Of a DNA stretch of 64,000 bases, positions 49,489 to 63,252 are shown one piece after another. The stretch spans positions 1,373,774 through 1,437,773 of the forward strand of contig NW_018408915.1 of the NCBI RefSeq assembly GCF_002113885.1, written 5' to 3'. Each line of letters begins with the position of its first letter. Position 1 is the first letter of the stretch. Origin of the DNA: Mizuhopecten yessoensis (Eukaryota). Under the pieces are notes generated by a model. It saw only the letters and a list, made by a program, of their open reading frames with translations. It searched no databases and had not been told where the DNA came from. Made by a program: the position numbers and the translations under genes.

Positions 49489-52159
49489 CTGGTTTTGATC
49501 CCGGTATCGATATTGATTTTCAAGATGTCCTCCATTTTACTTGCGGTATACTGCGGTGGCTATTGCTGTCTTTCGTCTAGACCCTGAGTCCGGATAGTGG
49601 GTTAATACTGTGGTATGTTTTGGGCCTGTGTACTAACGTTGTGCAATGACTAGTGTTCGTTTGGTGCAAATCGTGCTATAGTCTGTTTTTCAACTGTAGA
49701 CATTTTAAGTTGTAAATCACAATTCTATATTAATTCTTAAGGATGACAGGTTATATTCATAATTATGTCAAATTCATAAACATTACATACGGATGCATCG
49801 TAATTAAACACCTGTGTTATTTTCGTACTGATACATGTATCAAATCACTTACGCAATCAGAATACATTTCAATTAAAAAATAATCACCTGTTCTCGAAAT
49901 AGAGTAACATCTCATCCGTGATAGGCAAGATACACACATCGTGACTATTTGTTTTTTCGGGTAATAGTTGTTCCCTGTGTCATGATATCATGACATTTTC
50001 CCGTTGTATTTGTTTCTAAATTTGTTTGAAATAAACACCCTGCTATCTACAAAGAAAGCTGTATGTTCAAAATCTCTAAAGACATCTGCAACAAACTGTC
50101 ATTCGTAGAATTGCAAAGGTTCAAAGCAATATAAAGCATAACGTATTTCTTTAGTATCAAAATAAACCCCCATGACATATCTATTGCTGTATCCAATGTC
50201 AAAGGTCTCCGTGTAAATTGTTTGTCTTTTTTAATATTTTGTCATATTTTCATCGATCTTAAAGTTGAATTACGATTCGTTTGAACCTTGATATTCTCTT
50301 GTTGGTTGATAAATGTAAGAGTTTATAAACGACTGTCATTAAATGGAAAGCGGTTGACAAGTTGTACAATGGTTGATGAAACATTTTTATTTTCTTCTCT
50401 CAGTTATATGAAGAGCCAACCACCAACCATGTCTTTGAGATACGCTCGCCTTTAGTTCTATGTACATATCTGTAAGACTGTGATTGTGTTAACTATTGAC
50501 ATTGAAGATTCAAAATAAGTTGTTAATTAATGTAAAGAGTCACGTCATTGTTTAACCGTTTAAAGGTATCAAAAAGTAGTCATTTTCCTGTTAAATTTAT
50601 GTTATGTGTTTTACATCAAACAAAATATATTATGTGTAGAGTAATGGAACGGAAACTTTTAATCAGAAAAATGCCGCAAAGACAGGACTCTTTTTCGTTC
50701 CAGATACACCAAGTATCTCTGAGACTCGTTTCCTTAAGTAATATAGAAATCAAATGTAACACATCTTCGATACACAAGCGCAAATTTTGTATTCAAAGTA
50801 AAAAAAGAAGAAGACAAAAACCGGGGACCAGGTGACCAATAAAGAAGAAAAACGCTACACAAATCCAAACAGAAAACCCTTGCTACGTCATGAGAACGCT
50901 GTCACTCCTCAAGATTAAGTTTTTTCTCCGTTCAAATATCTCCTTGTTCTTTTTAAAAAGATGTGTTACGTTTAAATTTAATTATTATGTTCTATAAATT
51001 CAACAGTTACTTTACACACTGATCCACAATTGATATTCAGGTTTGAAATCTTTATGGCACGCGTTCTCTCTGACATCTTACAGAGTTGCCATGGCCTGAA
51101 TAAAGAGCTTGTTATCAATACTAAATGGAAAATACATTGTCATAGATTGGTGTTAGTTTAAAGCTTTACTACATGGTACGCTATATGCCTATTCTACTAA
51201 ACAACTGATAAAATATGACGGGATAAATATTATACCTGGTGTGGACGTGTGTACGGACCCAAACGAATCCAACGAGTAATCGATCAAAGGGTCCCGACCA
51301 AGCGTCACATTCTAAATATTAATACACACAACAATTTCACGTCTCTGTTTGTTAGCCTACAGCACGTGCGCACTGTATAACGGCAAAGCAGCGTCCTCTA
51401 CAATCTCCCGTTCCAAACAATTATATCCCACTGACATAATGTCAGATGAATCGTAATTGAACCATTAACAGTCGGACAATTCGAACTATCATAGGTGAAT
51501 TATAAGGGTCTTTTAATGGCAGTATTAAACGCATCAGTCGGGTAGATTTGTTGTTCGGTTTCACTTTCGATGAACATCCACATAATTACACGTTATTAGT
51601 TAAACCGGTGATCTACCCAGATGCAAGCCGTTTTTACCCCGCACATCCCATGTCGCGATAAACCACGAGTGTGAATGTAATTTGGTTGACAATATATGAC
51701 AAAAACGTCGTTTAATAAATTGATATTTACATGATTTTTCTAACCCGTATTCAAACCAATAGGCGAACATATGTTAAACATAAACCCAATTTTCCCTATC
51801 ACATTGTTTGTGTAAATTGTGCGTGTTTTATCTTCAACAGTGGTAACTAGTTTCGACATATAATATAAAAAAAATTGTACGGTAGAATTATGTTTCTAAT
51901 CGATAGAACAGCCATAAGCTTCGTGTCAATATTACCCACCCTTCCAACCCCTGTAAATGTACCAATCGGGTGAAGATGCGGTGATACTTGATGCTAAAAT
52001 GTTATGCAAATTTTCTAGGTTCATTATTAACGGTTCCGTCCATCGTCAATTGTGAAATAGTTTGTGGAGGAATATATTATATATCTCTCTCTTAATGCGC
52101 CACCCCCTTCTAACAAGCCATAGAATGAAAGCACTGGCCTGATGGTGTCGCCTTACGCT

Positions 52160-52197
52160 GGGTATATAAGTCCGCGAGGGACTCAACAGGCCAGTGT
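52160..52197 (+). promoter_or_regulatory. Pol II core promoter (TATA + Inr)
   Basis: TATATAAG at 52163 in a GC-rich context; Inr-like CCAGT with its A at 52193, exactly 30 nt downstream. Confidence 0.6.
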
Positions 52198-52422
52198 GTG
52201 TAGGATTTTCTAGAGGTATATACGGTCAAGAGGAACTAGGCGCTTTACTGCGGAGGGGAGGAAACTTAACATCTCTTGTTCCGCATCTGTATTATGACAT
52301 AACGTTTCTCGGCGAATATTGTGTGTAGTGTAGGTGAAATATAATTTCAACTCGACTACATCAGCTAGAAGAAAACAAAGTGTGGTTACGTACACAACAT
52401 CACAGGAAGAAATACATACGTT
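52193..52422 (+). other. Putative non-coding first exon
   Basis: Runs from the predicted start site to donor GTAAGT at 52423, followed by T-rich intron-like sequence. Confidence 0.5.
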
Positions 52423-53071
52423 GTAAGTATTATTTTATTTTTAGTATCTTTATACTTTCGTTTTTGTTGCTGTTGTTTACTGCTACTGCTGCTGTTTTAA
52501 TTTAATGCTAGCAAGATTTAACACAAGTTATTATCTATATTAATATAACTGTTACCATATTATATTCATATTATAACATTTCCGTTTCGTATGTGATCGT
52601 TTTTCCATCTGTTGGTGTAACTAGTGTATACATGTACAGTCTTACGTATAGTGCTGAGGTTAAATGTCACCACGACTGGAGAGAAACGGAAGATGATTTA
52701 GGAAAGTAATACGCTTTTGCGGTTAGCTTACATGTACAGTGTATGCGTATCTATTTCAATACGTTGATAGCTTTTTAAATGTCAGTTATTATAAATGTAT
52801 TGTCTGCGCTCGCGATCCCATTTCTGCTTGTATAATCTATTAACACTATACGATGTATCGCATTTGAACTTAATTGATATTTGTTGCCTTTCTTATTGTT
52901 GAAAATATATTGATTTCGCACGCTTCCCATAAAGTAACAATGCCAGTAACATCTCCTATATGAACAAATTATGTACAAAACGCTCGATAGGGGTTCCATG
53001 GGCGCTTATACATAAACATGTATCTACTATCAGTATGAATATAATTAGTTTAAAGTTTGATTCATGTTTCA

Positions 53072-53142
53072 ATTATCCGGAAATATTCGATATTCCGGAA
53101 ATTTATCCGGAAATATACGATATTCCGGAAATTTATCCGGAA
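53072..53142. repeat. 30-bp tandem repeat (TTATCCGGAAATAT.CGATATTCCGGAAAT), ~2.4 copies
   Basis: Direct inspection. Confidence 0.85.
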
Positions 53143-54242
53143 GCCAACTTTCCGGACAAGCGTTCTCTTCAAGGGCAGAATTGTCTAGAGGTTAAGTCTT
53201 CAACGCAAACGACCATGGTTCGATTCCGTTTCGGGCGTGAAATTTATAGTATTATTACGCACCATATAACTAATTTTGGGTTCTTCGCTAATCAAACAAA
53301 TCGGACAAAACTCAAATCAATGGGTGCGGTATAAAGGTAACCTTGTAAAAAGCCTTTATACATCACTGTAGGAGACGGCTACGGACGCTTGAGATGGCGT
53401 TTACTTCATTTTTAAACGATTTAACTTATGGTGTTAATTGTTGAAATTTTCACGGGGTTTTTTTCGGTGGTGGAGGTGTTGCATTTTTGGGATTCTTGAA
53501 AATATAGATAATAATACAAAACACCACCGTTTTTAACTAATGTCCATCAATGTATCATTCAAATAGCTTTCAAATAAGAATGTGCATCAATTTGTATCGA
53601 ATATAATTGAATTTCTTTTCTAAAGAAGTGGAATTATGTAAAACGGGTGCTGATATGGAAACAATTTCCTTTGTGAAATAACTGACATGAACCAAATTCC
53701 AGTGGAAACATTTAAAACGCATTCCACATGTAATGTATAACCCATAACTCAAAAATGATTCAATCCCCCCATCAGCCATTGGCATTTCAAACAGTAGGCA
53801 ACACACTTTCCATAATATTCATTATAAACTTGATAACGCAATGTTAGCTATAGGGAATCCCGAAGAGCGACAAGTTGGCTGTTATGCCAAAAACGATATC
53901 ACTTTTTCATGTGGAAGTGGAGTTATTTTAGGGTTGTTGTCGGTTTAATTTTTGCCGACCATCATGTCTGATGCGATGTCAATTACAGAGCTCGTCCCAC
54001 ATTCATTTAAATAGGACGATTCGCTAGGCCAAAAGTGTAAACGATCTCAATATCACTGCAACTGCATGGCTATTGAGGTTGTGAACATTGACTCGATTCT
54101 GCCTTGGTTTGTCCTATTTGTTTGCGTCGAATTCCTGCTTGCTTTAGGATAACGTATACTTGTTTTCGTACTGTCGAGTACCATACTTAACTGTCATTCT
54201 GGAGCTAATCATATTTAACTTACGGCAATAGTTTTCCTCACT

Positions 54243-54450
54243 TGACCGGTAGTTTATACCTTATACTTTACCGACAGTATAGAAATTACCATTCTTTACT
54301 GACAATTTATATCTTACCGTTCCCTACTGATAGTTTGGAGTTTACCATACTTTACTGACAGAGTACAGTTTACCATACTTTATTGACAACTTTGAGTTTA
54401 CCATACTTTACTGACAGTTTAGAGATGACAATATTTTACCGACATTGTAG
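54243..54450. repeat. Degenerate ~33-bp tandem repeat (GTTTACCATACTTTACTGACA)
   Basis: About 6 diverged units. Confidence 0.75.
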
Positions 54451-54505
54451 AAGCGAACGCACAACTATCCCTCATTAATGAGATATTCCTAATACATCGT
54501 TATCA

Positions 54506-54706
54506 TTATTAAATGAAACCTTGAAACCTCGTTATTTCGAGGTTCCTTGAACCGACTATCGGGGAACTGTCGAGATAAAGAGGTATCCCTGATAATTGCT
54601 CAATAAGTCTTTATTATTATTAAATGAAACATTGGAACCTCGTTATTTCGAGGTTCCTTGAACCGATTGTCGAGATAAATGAGGTATCACTGATAATTGC
54701 TCAATT
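54506..54706 (+). repeat. Direct duplication (~110-bp period) containing the palindrome AACCTCGTTATTTCGAGGTT
   Basis: ATTATTAAATGAAAC...TGATAATTGCTCAAT occurs twice; resembles a mariner-type MITE end. Confidence 0.85.
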
Positions 54707-55808
54707 CATCCTGCTAGTTCAGATAAATGCACTACTAACAGCGTCTTGTTAATAGCTAAGGTAATTATAAAAGTAATTCGAGATTTCTGAGGTGTTCGTA
54801 ATAGGAAGATTTCGTTCACTTTCATTCTTCATCCATGATCTACGATAGTTTTAAAGGTTTACAATTTCCTGTTGTGGCATGTAATGCAAAGCAACTGGCT
54901 CCACCACATACGTATATCCGCATAGCCTGTGTTTAGATATCGCTCTCTCGCAATCACCGCTGCTTCGTAATCAGTAGTTTTACGCTTGCCAGAAATATAT
55001 CATCAATCTTCTTGGACATTAAAACTTATATCTGTGTATGAAAATGTTATACAATACATTTTAAGTAACGTTTACTATCAAATTGGTAAGTTTAGGGGTG
55101 TTCTTTCCCCTTGAAGTAGGTTACTGCATTATTGGTAATTTAAGCGATGCTCATATTTTCTCTTTTCCACTTTAGATAGGTTACTGGCAAACTGGTAGTT
55201 TTTGCGGTGATACTATTTTTCGTTTGTTTATGCACCCGCTTAAAGAATTATTTTAATCTTAAAATGATATGTATGAAAAAGGGCTTTCGAATAAAAAGAA
55301 TCTAGTCAGAATCCTTAATTTTCTCGTGGCCTTAAACAATACGTTCATTAGTGAATAATCACTTAATAGCACTGACAATCAATAAGTATGTTGTATTTGT
55401 CATTTGGTGATTTTAATGATTAAACGTCCGTCGTATCGTTATTTCTATGTATTTTTATCCGTAGTTCTCCCTGACTATTCTCGCTCTATTCTCCCATCGT
55501 AGCGCTCTCTCACAGCCAATGACTATACTAAAAATATGATAGTATTAAATTCACACAGGCTGCCTTCGCCAGCGCGCTTTCAAACTAAACAATTCATACT
55601 CTAGCAGTCGTTATCTATTCTCACTCTTCATACTGCAGTCATACTCACTCTCTTCCATTCCCACTGGACCGTCCTTTATCTAGCTCCTTCACGCTGTTCA
55701 ATTCATACCCTATAACTACACTGTAGTACAGAACGGTTGGTGGTTGTACAAATGCTTCATAGTGCTGACTCAAAGTCTTCAATTTTTACTGGGCCGTCTT
55801 CTCCGTCA

Positions 55809-55849
55809 CTCTCTCTCTCTCTCTCTCTCTCTCCCTATCTCTCTCTCTC
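55809..55849. repeat. (CT)n microsatellite
   Basis: Direct inspection. Confidence 0.95.
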
Positions 55850-58800
55850 CATTTCATCATATTACTTCACCAAAGAACTCTACGTTTGTCATAGTACTAC
55901 ATGTAGCTGATTGTCTTTAATTCTTACCAAACCTTCTTCATTATTGCTTTCCTAAGATTATTCCATTCATACTCTTTGCGTCATATCATGTTTTAGTTAT
56001 TTGTTGTAAACCTTTTCCTTGTGCTTGCTTGACGTTTTCAATTCGTACTAAAACTCGTCGTCAAAATTTGCTCTCTATTATACTCATTAGTACTACCCCA
56101 GCCCCTGCGTATTTTATGAAGAATTTACCGACTGCTTTTTTTACTACTAGCTTATCCCCCCTCCCTAGTGTAGAACTAAGTATCGGACATCAAAGTGATC
56201 AAAATTATAAAAAGAATATTTTTTTAAGTTATTCAATATTTTAGAGATAAGGGGTCAGTCTAACTCTTCAGTACAAACTCATCGTAGTATTAAACCGTCT
56301 ACTGCTATCCAGCAGTTAATAGCATAGCTCCATTACTGTAATATCTGCCAGGCTGTCTGTGTACTCCAGCATGTCTGTAGCGCTCTCTCACAGTAGTAAA
56401 TTTACACTGTATTGCACACCGTACGTGAAAGTGTTAGCGTCGCTCGCCAGCCTTTCCTATACGCGCGTGACTGGAGGATATAAACACACAGTTGCATAAA
56501 CACTAGGGCACACCTGTCAGTGGATGTTTTTTTATGGTATACATGAGATTATGTAAGAACTTACAAGATATACCCTAATTGAATACGTTTTTACCACCTA
56601 AACAAAAAGTCTTACTGAAATTGATTGCATCGAGAGAAAAACATGTTTTCTTTGGAAAAGAACGGTATGCAAGACCAATAAATGCGATAACGAATATATG
56701 CAAAGTTCATGACCTACTTAGCAATACAGATTATAACGCATTTTCAAATATGGGTCACATTATTGGTGAAGGTCATGGGCAAACATGCAGGCTTGATATT
56801 CTCTGTACACATAGGAAATAATTTGCCCTTTACAGGTAAAGTTATATGTTTTCATAACGCAGAGCATTCTTGGCAAATGTTGAACTGCAGCTAGTATTTC
56901 TCGGTTTACACATAACTGATGGTGGTCATGTTATTATGAATAGAAAAAAAAGGCCAACAGCATACCAAATTTGATCTATGCCTTATACTCAAAGCGTCCC
57001 TATCCTTTTTTCTGGTAAACAAGTTTCATTATTTCATCATAATGTAGAAAATTCATTGATACAAATTTCTGTTCTGACTGGATTTTTTTTGAAAATGGTG
57101 GAAGTTCCGCAAGCACGCAGACCGCTTCATATATCAAATACGATAACAAATCTTAGGTATATAACATTATGATCAAGCGCTTTCATTGAATATGGCACCT
57201 ACCGAATAGTAGAGTATTCCCAGTGTTTTATAGAAATCAATAATTGATATTTATATTACATAATTGTTATAAAAGTGAAATAAGTATCCATGAAATTATT
57301 CGTATATATTTCAGGCAGAGCTCGGTAAGAAATATTTTCAGAATAATGTATTTCCGGATATTCCGATATATTCAGATTAACATAAATCCCCCTTTTAAAG
57401 ATCAGGACAATCGTTAAATGTCATTCTGCGAAATGTATCATATTTCAATTGTCATTGTAATAAGCAGTAAAAATTGCTAGGCGGACAAATCTTCCGAGGA
57501 AAAGGAAAAATAAAAATTCTGTGTTACTATGAATTCTTCCTTGTAACACATTTTACACTTATAAGTGACCTTCAGAATTGGTGTTTTATCCCCTTGTGGT
57601 ATATTGATTTCCCGCGAAAAGAACAAATACCAAAACAAATGTCACTTTACATCCACCAACTTGAGAAGAGTCGCGTACTTAATCCCCTATTGTCTGACAT
57701 CAGATTACCCAATTTCCTTAGGATTAGGAAATGTATGTTCTCGCATTACGACTGGTTTGATACCGATCATGTGCGTCAAACGCCTTGAATGTGCTTGCTT
57801 GTTTTTTTATAAGAAAACACCAACAGGTTCACACCTACCTACTCAGTGAGGAAGCATAAGATAAAGTTGAATCTATAAGGTGTTCCGGTGAAGTTGCGCT
57901 ATTTCATATATCTTTTAACCTTAGTTTTGACTTTGGGTATGACGTAAGAATCTCTTGCAATGCTTAACTAAAAGACGTGAAAAGTTATCAGTTTTGTACG
58001 TTCAGATGCGTCAGGATTTTTTTTATCTTTATTTATGGTTCCTGAATGGAAGTAAACATTTAGCAGATAAACAAAACTTCGATAATAGATATGAAGAGTA
58101 GTAACACTGGCGTCTGTGGTAGAGCTATGCTATAAATTACATGCACATACAAAAGTTTTATGAATTCATGTTTGTTGGTTTGTTGGGTGATTTCTTTACG
58201 TTTTGGACATCTCTAATATCAGAGTAATTATAAAAACGGTCTCTGGAATAAATCAAGGACATTCATATAAGAAATAACAATTTTAAGATATCACTTCATC
58301 TTATTCTGGTAACGATCTTACAGTGAGAAAGAACACTGTGAGCAAAGCACAAACAACAAAGGCTACCATTTTAGGCGCTTCGTGTTATCATGTGGTGTAC
58401 TGCAGTCGACACAGTAATTCTGTAATTATAATTGGTAATTGTTGTGACGAATAAGACAAAAAAAAAAGACAAAAAAAAAGGATAAGCGTCTTTAGCTTTA
58501 TCGTCGACACGAGTCATGAAAATCTAGGTCAAATTCTACATACAGTCAGAAATCTTGACAATTATGTTAAAATACGGAAAATGTTTGGGAAATTAGAAAT
58601 TACTGCCTTTCGCTGTATTAGATACCAAATACTTTTCTTTTATAATAGCAGCTATTGACGATTGTGTTGTTGTTGGGGTTTTTTTTTCATTGAAAATTAA
58701 AAAAGTGTGTTCTTTGAAGCTTCTAGTTGTCTTTTTGACAACAGTTGTTCTATTATTGTACATAAGCACTTCCGCTGCATACTGTATTTGTACCACCCTC

Positions 58801-59300
58801 TTGCTCTTTTTTCTGTTTTGGCGGACTCCTGATATTCTTTGATTATAAATCAGGATCTTTCTTATTTGCTTTATTGCACTTCTGTATTTTTTTCTGGTCG
58901 ACAGTGGTTGACTACTAATAACCTGTAATTATAAATCATCATCTTGGTTGTTTGTTTGTACCCCGCTTGCTTGTTCTCCTCGTAAATGGTCGTCTGCTAA
59001 TATTCTATAATTATAAATCATTGCCTTGATTGCTTTTTTGTACATGTAGCACTCTTACATTTTCTGTTTGGCACTTGTCGACCATTGATGTTCCGTGCAT
59101 CAGTACACAGTCTATTTGGAAGATATCTGTGGTTAGTGCCGAAACAATAAACAACGGAACATGGTCCCATAGTATTACCACTATCAACGTAAAAATGGAT
59201 TCTTCATTTAAGACTCTCAAGCGGATTGGACAGACGAAGTCTATTATGATTAACAATGCCTTATTAATAAGAGATAACGGTCGTAAATTGACGATAGTTT

Positions 59301-59517
59301 ACCCTCCCTCAGGGATTTAGTTTTAGTATATAATATAGCAACACCAAACGAAAGTCTACCTTCCCTCGGGGACTTAGTTTTAGTATATCATATAGCAACT
59401 TCAAACGAAAGTCTACCTTCCCTCGGGGGCTTAGTTTTAGTATATCATATAGCAACTCCAAACGCAAGTCTACCTTCCCTCAGGGACTTAGTTTTTACAT
59501 AACATACAACAACTCCG
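59301..59517. repeat. 57-58-bp minisatellite, ~3.8 copies
   Basis: ACCTTCCCTC.GGGACTTAGTTTTAGTATATCATATAGCAAC.CCAAACGAAAGTCT. Confidence 0.93.
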
Positions 59518-62500
59518 ACCTATTAGTAATGATTGTATATATTATATTTATAAGTATGTCCTTAAATTCTGAAATTCATAGCTTGTTGGGGCTTGACGAC
59601 CATATTAAAACAGCTGTTATCACTCAATAACGTGAAATAAAGCATTGGGTTTCAAAACTTTATTGTCGAAAATCAGTTACACGTCAATTTCATCTCAATA
59701 AAACGATCAAAATTGAAATCATATCGAAATCCAATTTTCAGACACAACGTCTCATGGGCGTTATGATTGAATCTAGCATTACTTCAAAATATGAAATGAA
59801 CCGCTTTTTTATCGTGTATAATACATTTAATGATTTGTCAGTTTCATAAACATTTGGCTGATGAAATCGATCTATCTAAAACAATTAAAAGTGACATTCA
59901 GAATAGTTTTACTGTGAATGCGCATGAATCGAAAGGTCACTTGGCTGAAATAAGTGTACACTCAAATCAGTTTTTTTTTTACAGTATATAAAAATATCGA
60001 AGGTTTATTATTCTTACATAAAAATAATCAAACAAACAGTATATTGTTTAATCTCTCATGAAATGCATACCCACTGTTGAGTTTTAAACAGCTATTACGA
60101 ATATTCGTAATATGTTTTTTGAAATATTTAAGTACAGATGACACACCTAATTGCAGCACATGAAACGTCTTTCGTTTCTTTCGTTTCTTTCGTTTTTTTC
60201 ATACAGTATCTTCCTCGGCACTCATCTTGATATGACTTACTGTTGAGGGGACATTGAACCCGAACATTAAACCTCTGACTTGACCTGATGCACTGGAAGC
60301 TTCTAACATATAACATTTTCCTTTTGCACAACTCAAATATTTTAGTTCCCGTCCAATGTCTACCGGAACTGGTGTGACGTATTTCTATTTCCTGTGAAAG
60401 GAAACGCAAATGACATAAAATCCCTTACTTCCCGACATGACGAACTTCGAAAATGACATTACGTCCGGAAAAAGAAATAATTCATTATAGCATTTAACCA
60501 CGTATGTAACTTGCAACAAAAAGGAATTTGCTGTTTGAACACTTCAAATTATCGTTAGTTGGGCTATAACACAAATGAAAACGCTGATGCCAATACAAGA
60601 AATAGCATTCATGGAGATTTTGTCCGACACAAATAAAGTAGGTCACAAAGTAAGTTTGCTGTTTCATAACATTAAGGAAACTAGAATACATTTCATCAGC
60701 CTAAGATCGATTTTTAAGTCCAGTTTTGTGTAGTTCTTTTATTGCAAGCAATGGTGATCGTTTAAATCGTAAAATTATTACCTTCATTCCGCCATAAATG
60801 TCAAATATGTTTACTGAAAATGCATTTAACGTTTTGAAACATGAATATAATATTTTAATATATCTAAGTTATAACCAGATTGTAATACGTTGCTTGTATG
60901 ACGTAACTGTTCCGTGACATGTCTTTTTGAGAAAGGGGTGTCAACAATTGTAGGCGTAAAGGGAGGAGAAAAATGAAATGATTGACATTATATCTCAACG
61001 AATGGCATAAAAGGGGGTTTTACAGATATGTTTGTTAAACACATCAACTATATCACATAAAAGTTTCAATTCCATTCCAGACAAAATAAACTTGGTGATT
61101 TCTTCGCTGTGAAGTCTTTGAAGTTTTCTGTTCTTTTCATTACGTCATAGCCGACTAATACACGTATGCATATCAACCAATCACCATCGCGCTGTAAATA
61201 AAATACCAAGACATCTAGAATTTAGCGCTTAAGGCTAAAATATGGAATTTACGAATACATATCTAAAGAAAAGGAAGAATTAAGAAGTAGGTATTGGCAA
61301 TGGCTATTTAATGTTAATCACTTTTATTTTCACATTAAGATGCAAGGAGACTCAATAGAGAATTTAAATCATACGGGATAGTATAACAGTATTGTAGATA
61401 ATAACTTACTAATTTTGAAACAGCATTCTGGCAATCATGAATACAGGTATTTATGAATAAAACTTACATGTACATGCATAGTTTGGAAATAAATGTAGGA
61501 ACGACAATAAAGTGATTTGAAATGTTATATGATTTTGTAAATATGATCACCAGTTATTGATGGCTTGTTACTATAGACATACTATTTGTCAAGATATAAT
61601 TAAATGGTATATACATGTTTACATGTAGATGGAAATAGGAAAGTTGTTTACAACTGATTCACATTTCAAAACACGTCGATTTCCAATACTGTTCCAACTA
61701 AATTAACAAGGTCAGCTGAACTCGGTAATTATTCCCATTGTTGTATCCAAATTGCACGTGAATTAATTCCTGATTTATTATTTCTACAAGGTCAGACAGT
61801 GTTCAGCTTACATTTAAAGTTAAATATGCAAATGTAATGCCTATTAGATTTGCAATACTAAAGCCGAAGAAAAAAATCCGGATTCTAAATATCGTAAAAG
61901 AGAATCAAGCACAAACACGAAATAATGCCTTATTTGGGTTAAACTAGAACATATGATTCAGTAATTGTTAAGCTTGTTAAGCTCCAACAGCAATGACTTG
62001 AAAGCCTTGTCCACTTAACAAAACAAGAAATCTGATTTTCTTTTTTGATATTTTCCTCAAAATCTGCTGCTAAACGATAATAGTTCGTTTTAATTTATTT
62101 ATATAATGCTTATTGCAATTTTGCATATTCTAATTTTATGAATTTATGAATTTATGAATTTAATGAAAATACATTTTCGTTTTTTGTTTTTAATTTCCTT
62201 AAATGCATCTATTAAGCTTACGTGTCATTGTTACTGATTAGTCCCGGCTTTGATTGCTCGATGATACATCAGCTTAACGTCATTAGAGTTTTTTTTTAAT
62301 CTCTGATTTTTTCTTTATTATTTGTACTGAAAAATGAAAAAGTCCTGCTGTTGCATTAAAAACTTTCAGGACCAGATAAAATACTATGTATGCATCATTA
62401 TATTTGCAAAATATTTTGAATCAATGTTAATGTGAAGATTAATGTTGGCATTATGGTAAGTTGCCAATGCTCGAAGCATACTATTCCCAAAGCTGAACCA

Positions 62501-63069
62501 ACCGAGCATGTGCTAATAGACCGGTACAATAGTATTAGTGATTGACTAGGGTAAATGGATAGTAAGCATTCGGTGTTGACAATGTTTACATGGTCGGGTC
62601 GTCTTCAACAATCGTCTCGTTTACGCATTGATTGTCAGCCATTTAGTTTAGGTTCGATGTCCTGCGCTGAAAGCTTAATGGCTATTGAAATTGCACTATC
62701 CTATTTCCCGTATGACGTACCTTGCTATGAACTCATTGACAACCATTGTAACATTTTAGACGGTGTACGTACAATGATGTTCAGAAGCACTGGTAAACAA
62801 GCATAATCTCAAGAACGTTGTGCAAGCCTCTCACTGTCACAAAACTGTTCGGTGACCTTGGTAGCGATGTGTACATCGTAGTACCGGAAATGGTTCTAGT
62901 TTTATCAACGGAAGAAGATACCGCATTAAAAGCATTGTAAATATACGAACGTCTGTGTACATGAAACGTACCAATCCCTTATCATCCAATTTAGTACATG
63001 TTATCGTTTCAATGGTATACCAGTAATCTTGTTTTGCAAATCTCATTCATTCACAGGAGACTCATATTA

Positions 63070-63252
63070 CAGTAAACCTCGATAAAATGCCCTTCGATTA
63101 TCGGCCACCTTCTTCACTGCCAACATATAATCAATGTCCCTTTAATGGCTTTTTCCTGAAGAATTCTTTCAGGCGTTTACGTCAATTCATTGCCAAAACC
63201 CTTTAATACGCCAATTTGTTATTAAATTATGGCGTTTTAACGAGGTTTGCTT
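63070..63252. mobile_element. Tc1/mariner-type MITE
   Basis: TA|CAGTAAACCTCGATAAAATGCC ... GGCGTTTTAACGAGGTTTGCT TIR pair. Confidence 0.65.

Noticed and set aside
52176-52197. miR-193 gene (minus strand CACTGGCCTGTTGAGTCCC resembles the family)
   Set aside because: No complementary 5' arm upstream on that strand, so the precursor geometry is wrong.
55071-55200. Array of 15-nt micro-exons (55120-55134, 55180-55194)
   Set aside because: The implied introns are only 34 and 45 nt and the donors are weak; better explained as a degenerate tandem repeat.
58590-59320. ORFs and three spaced ATTATAAATC motifs as a possible gene
   Set aside because: No recognisable domain or splice structure.
62555-63046. 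Two short ORFs in a moderately GC-richer block
   Set aside because: No recognisable protein motif in the frames I translated.
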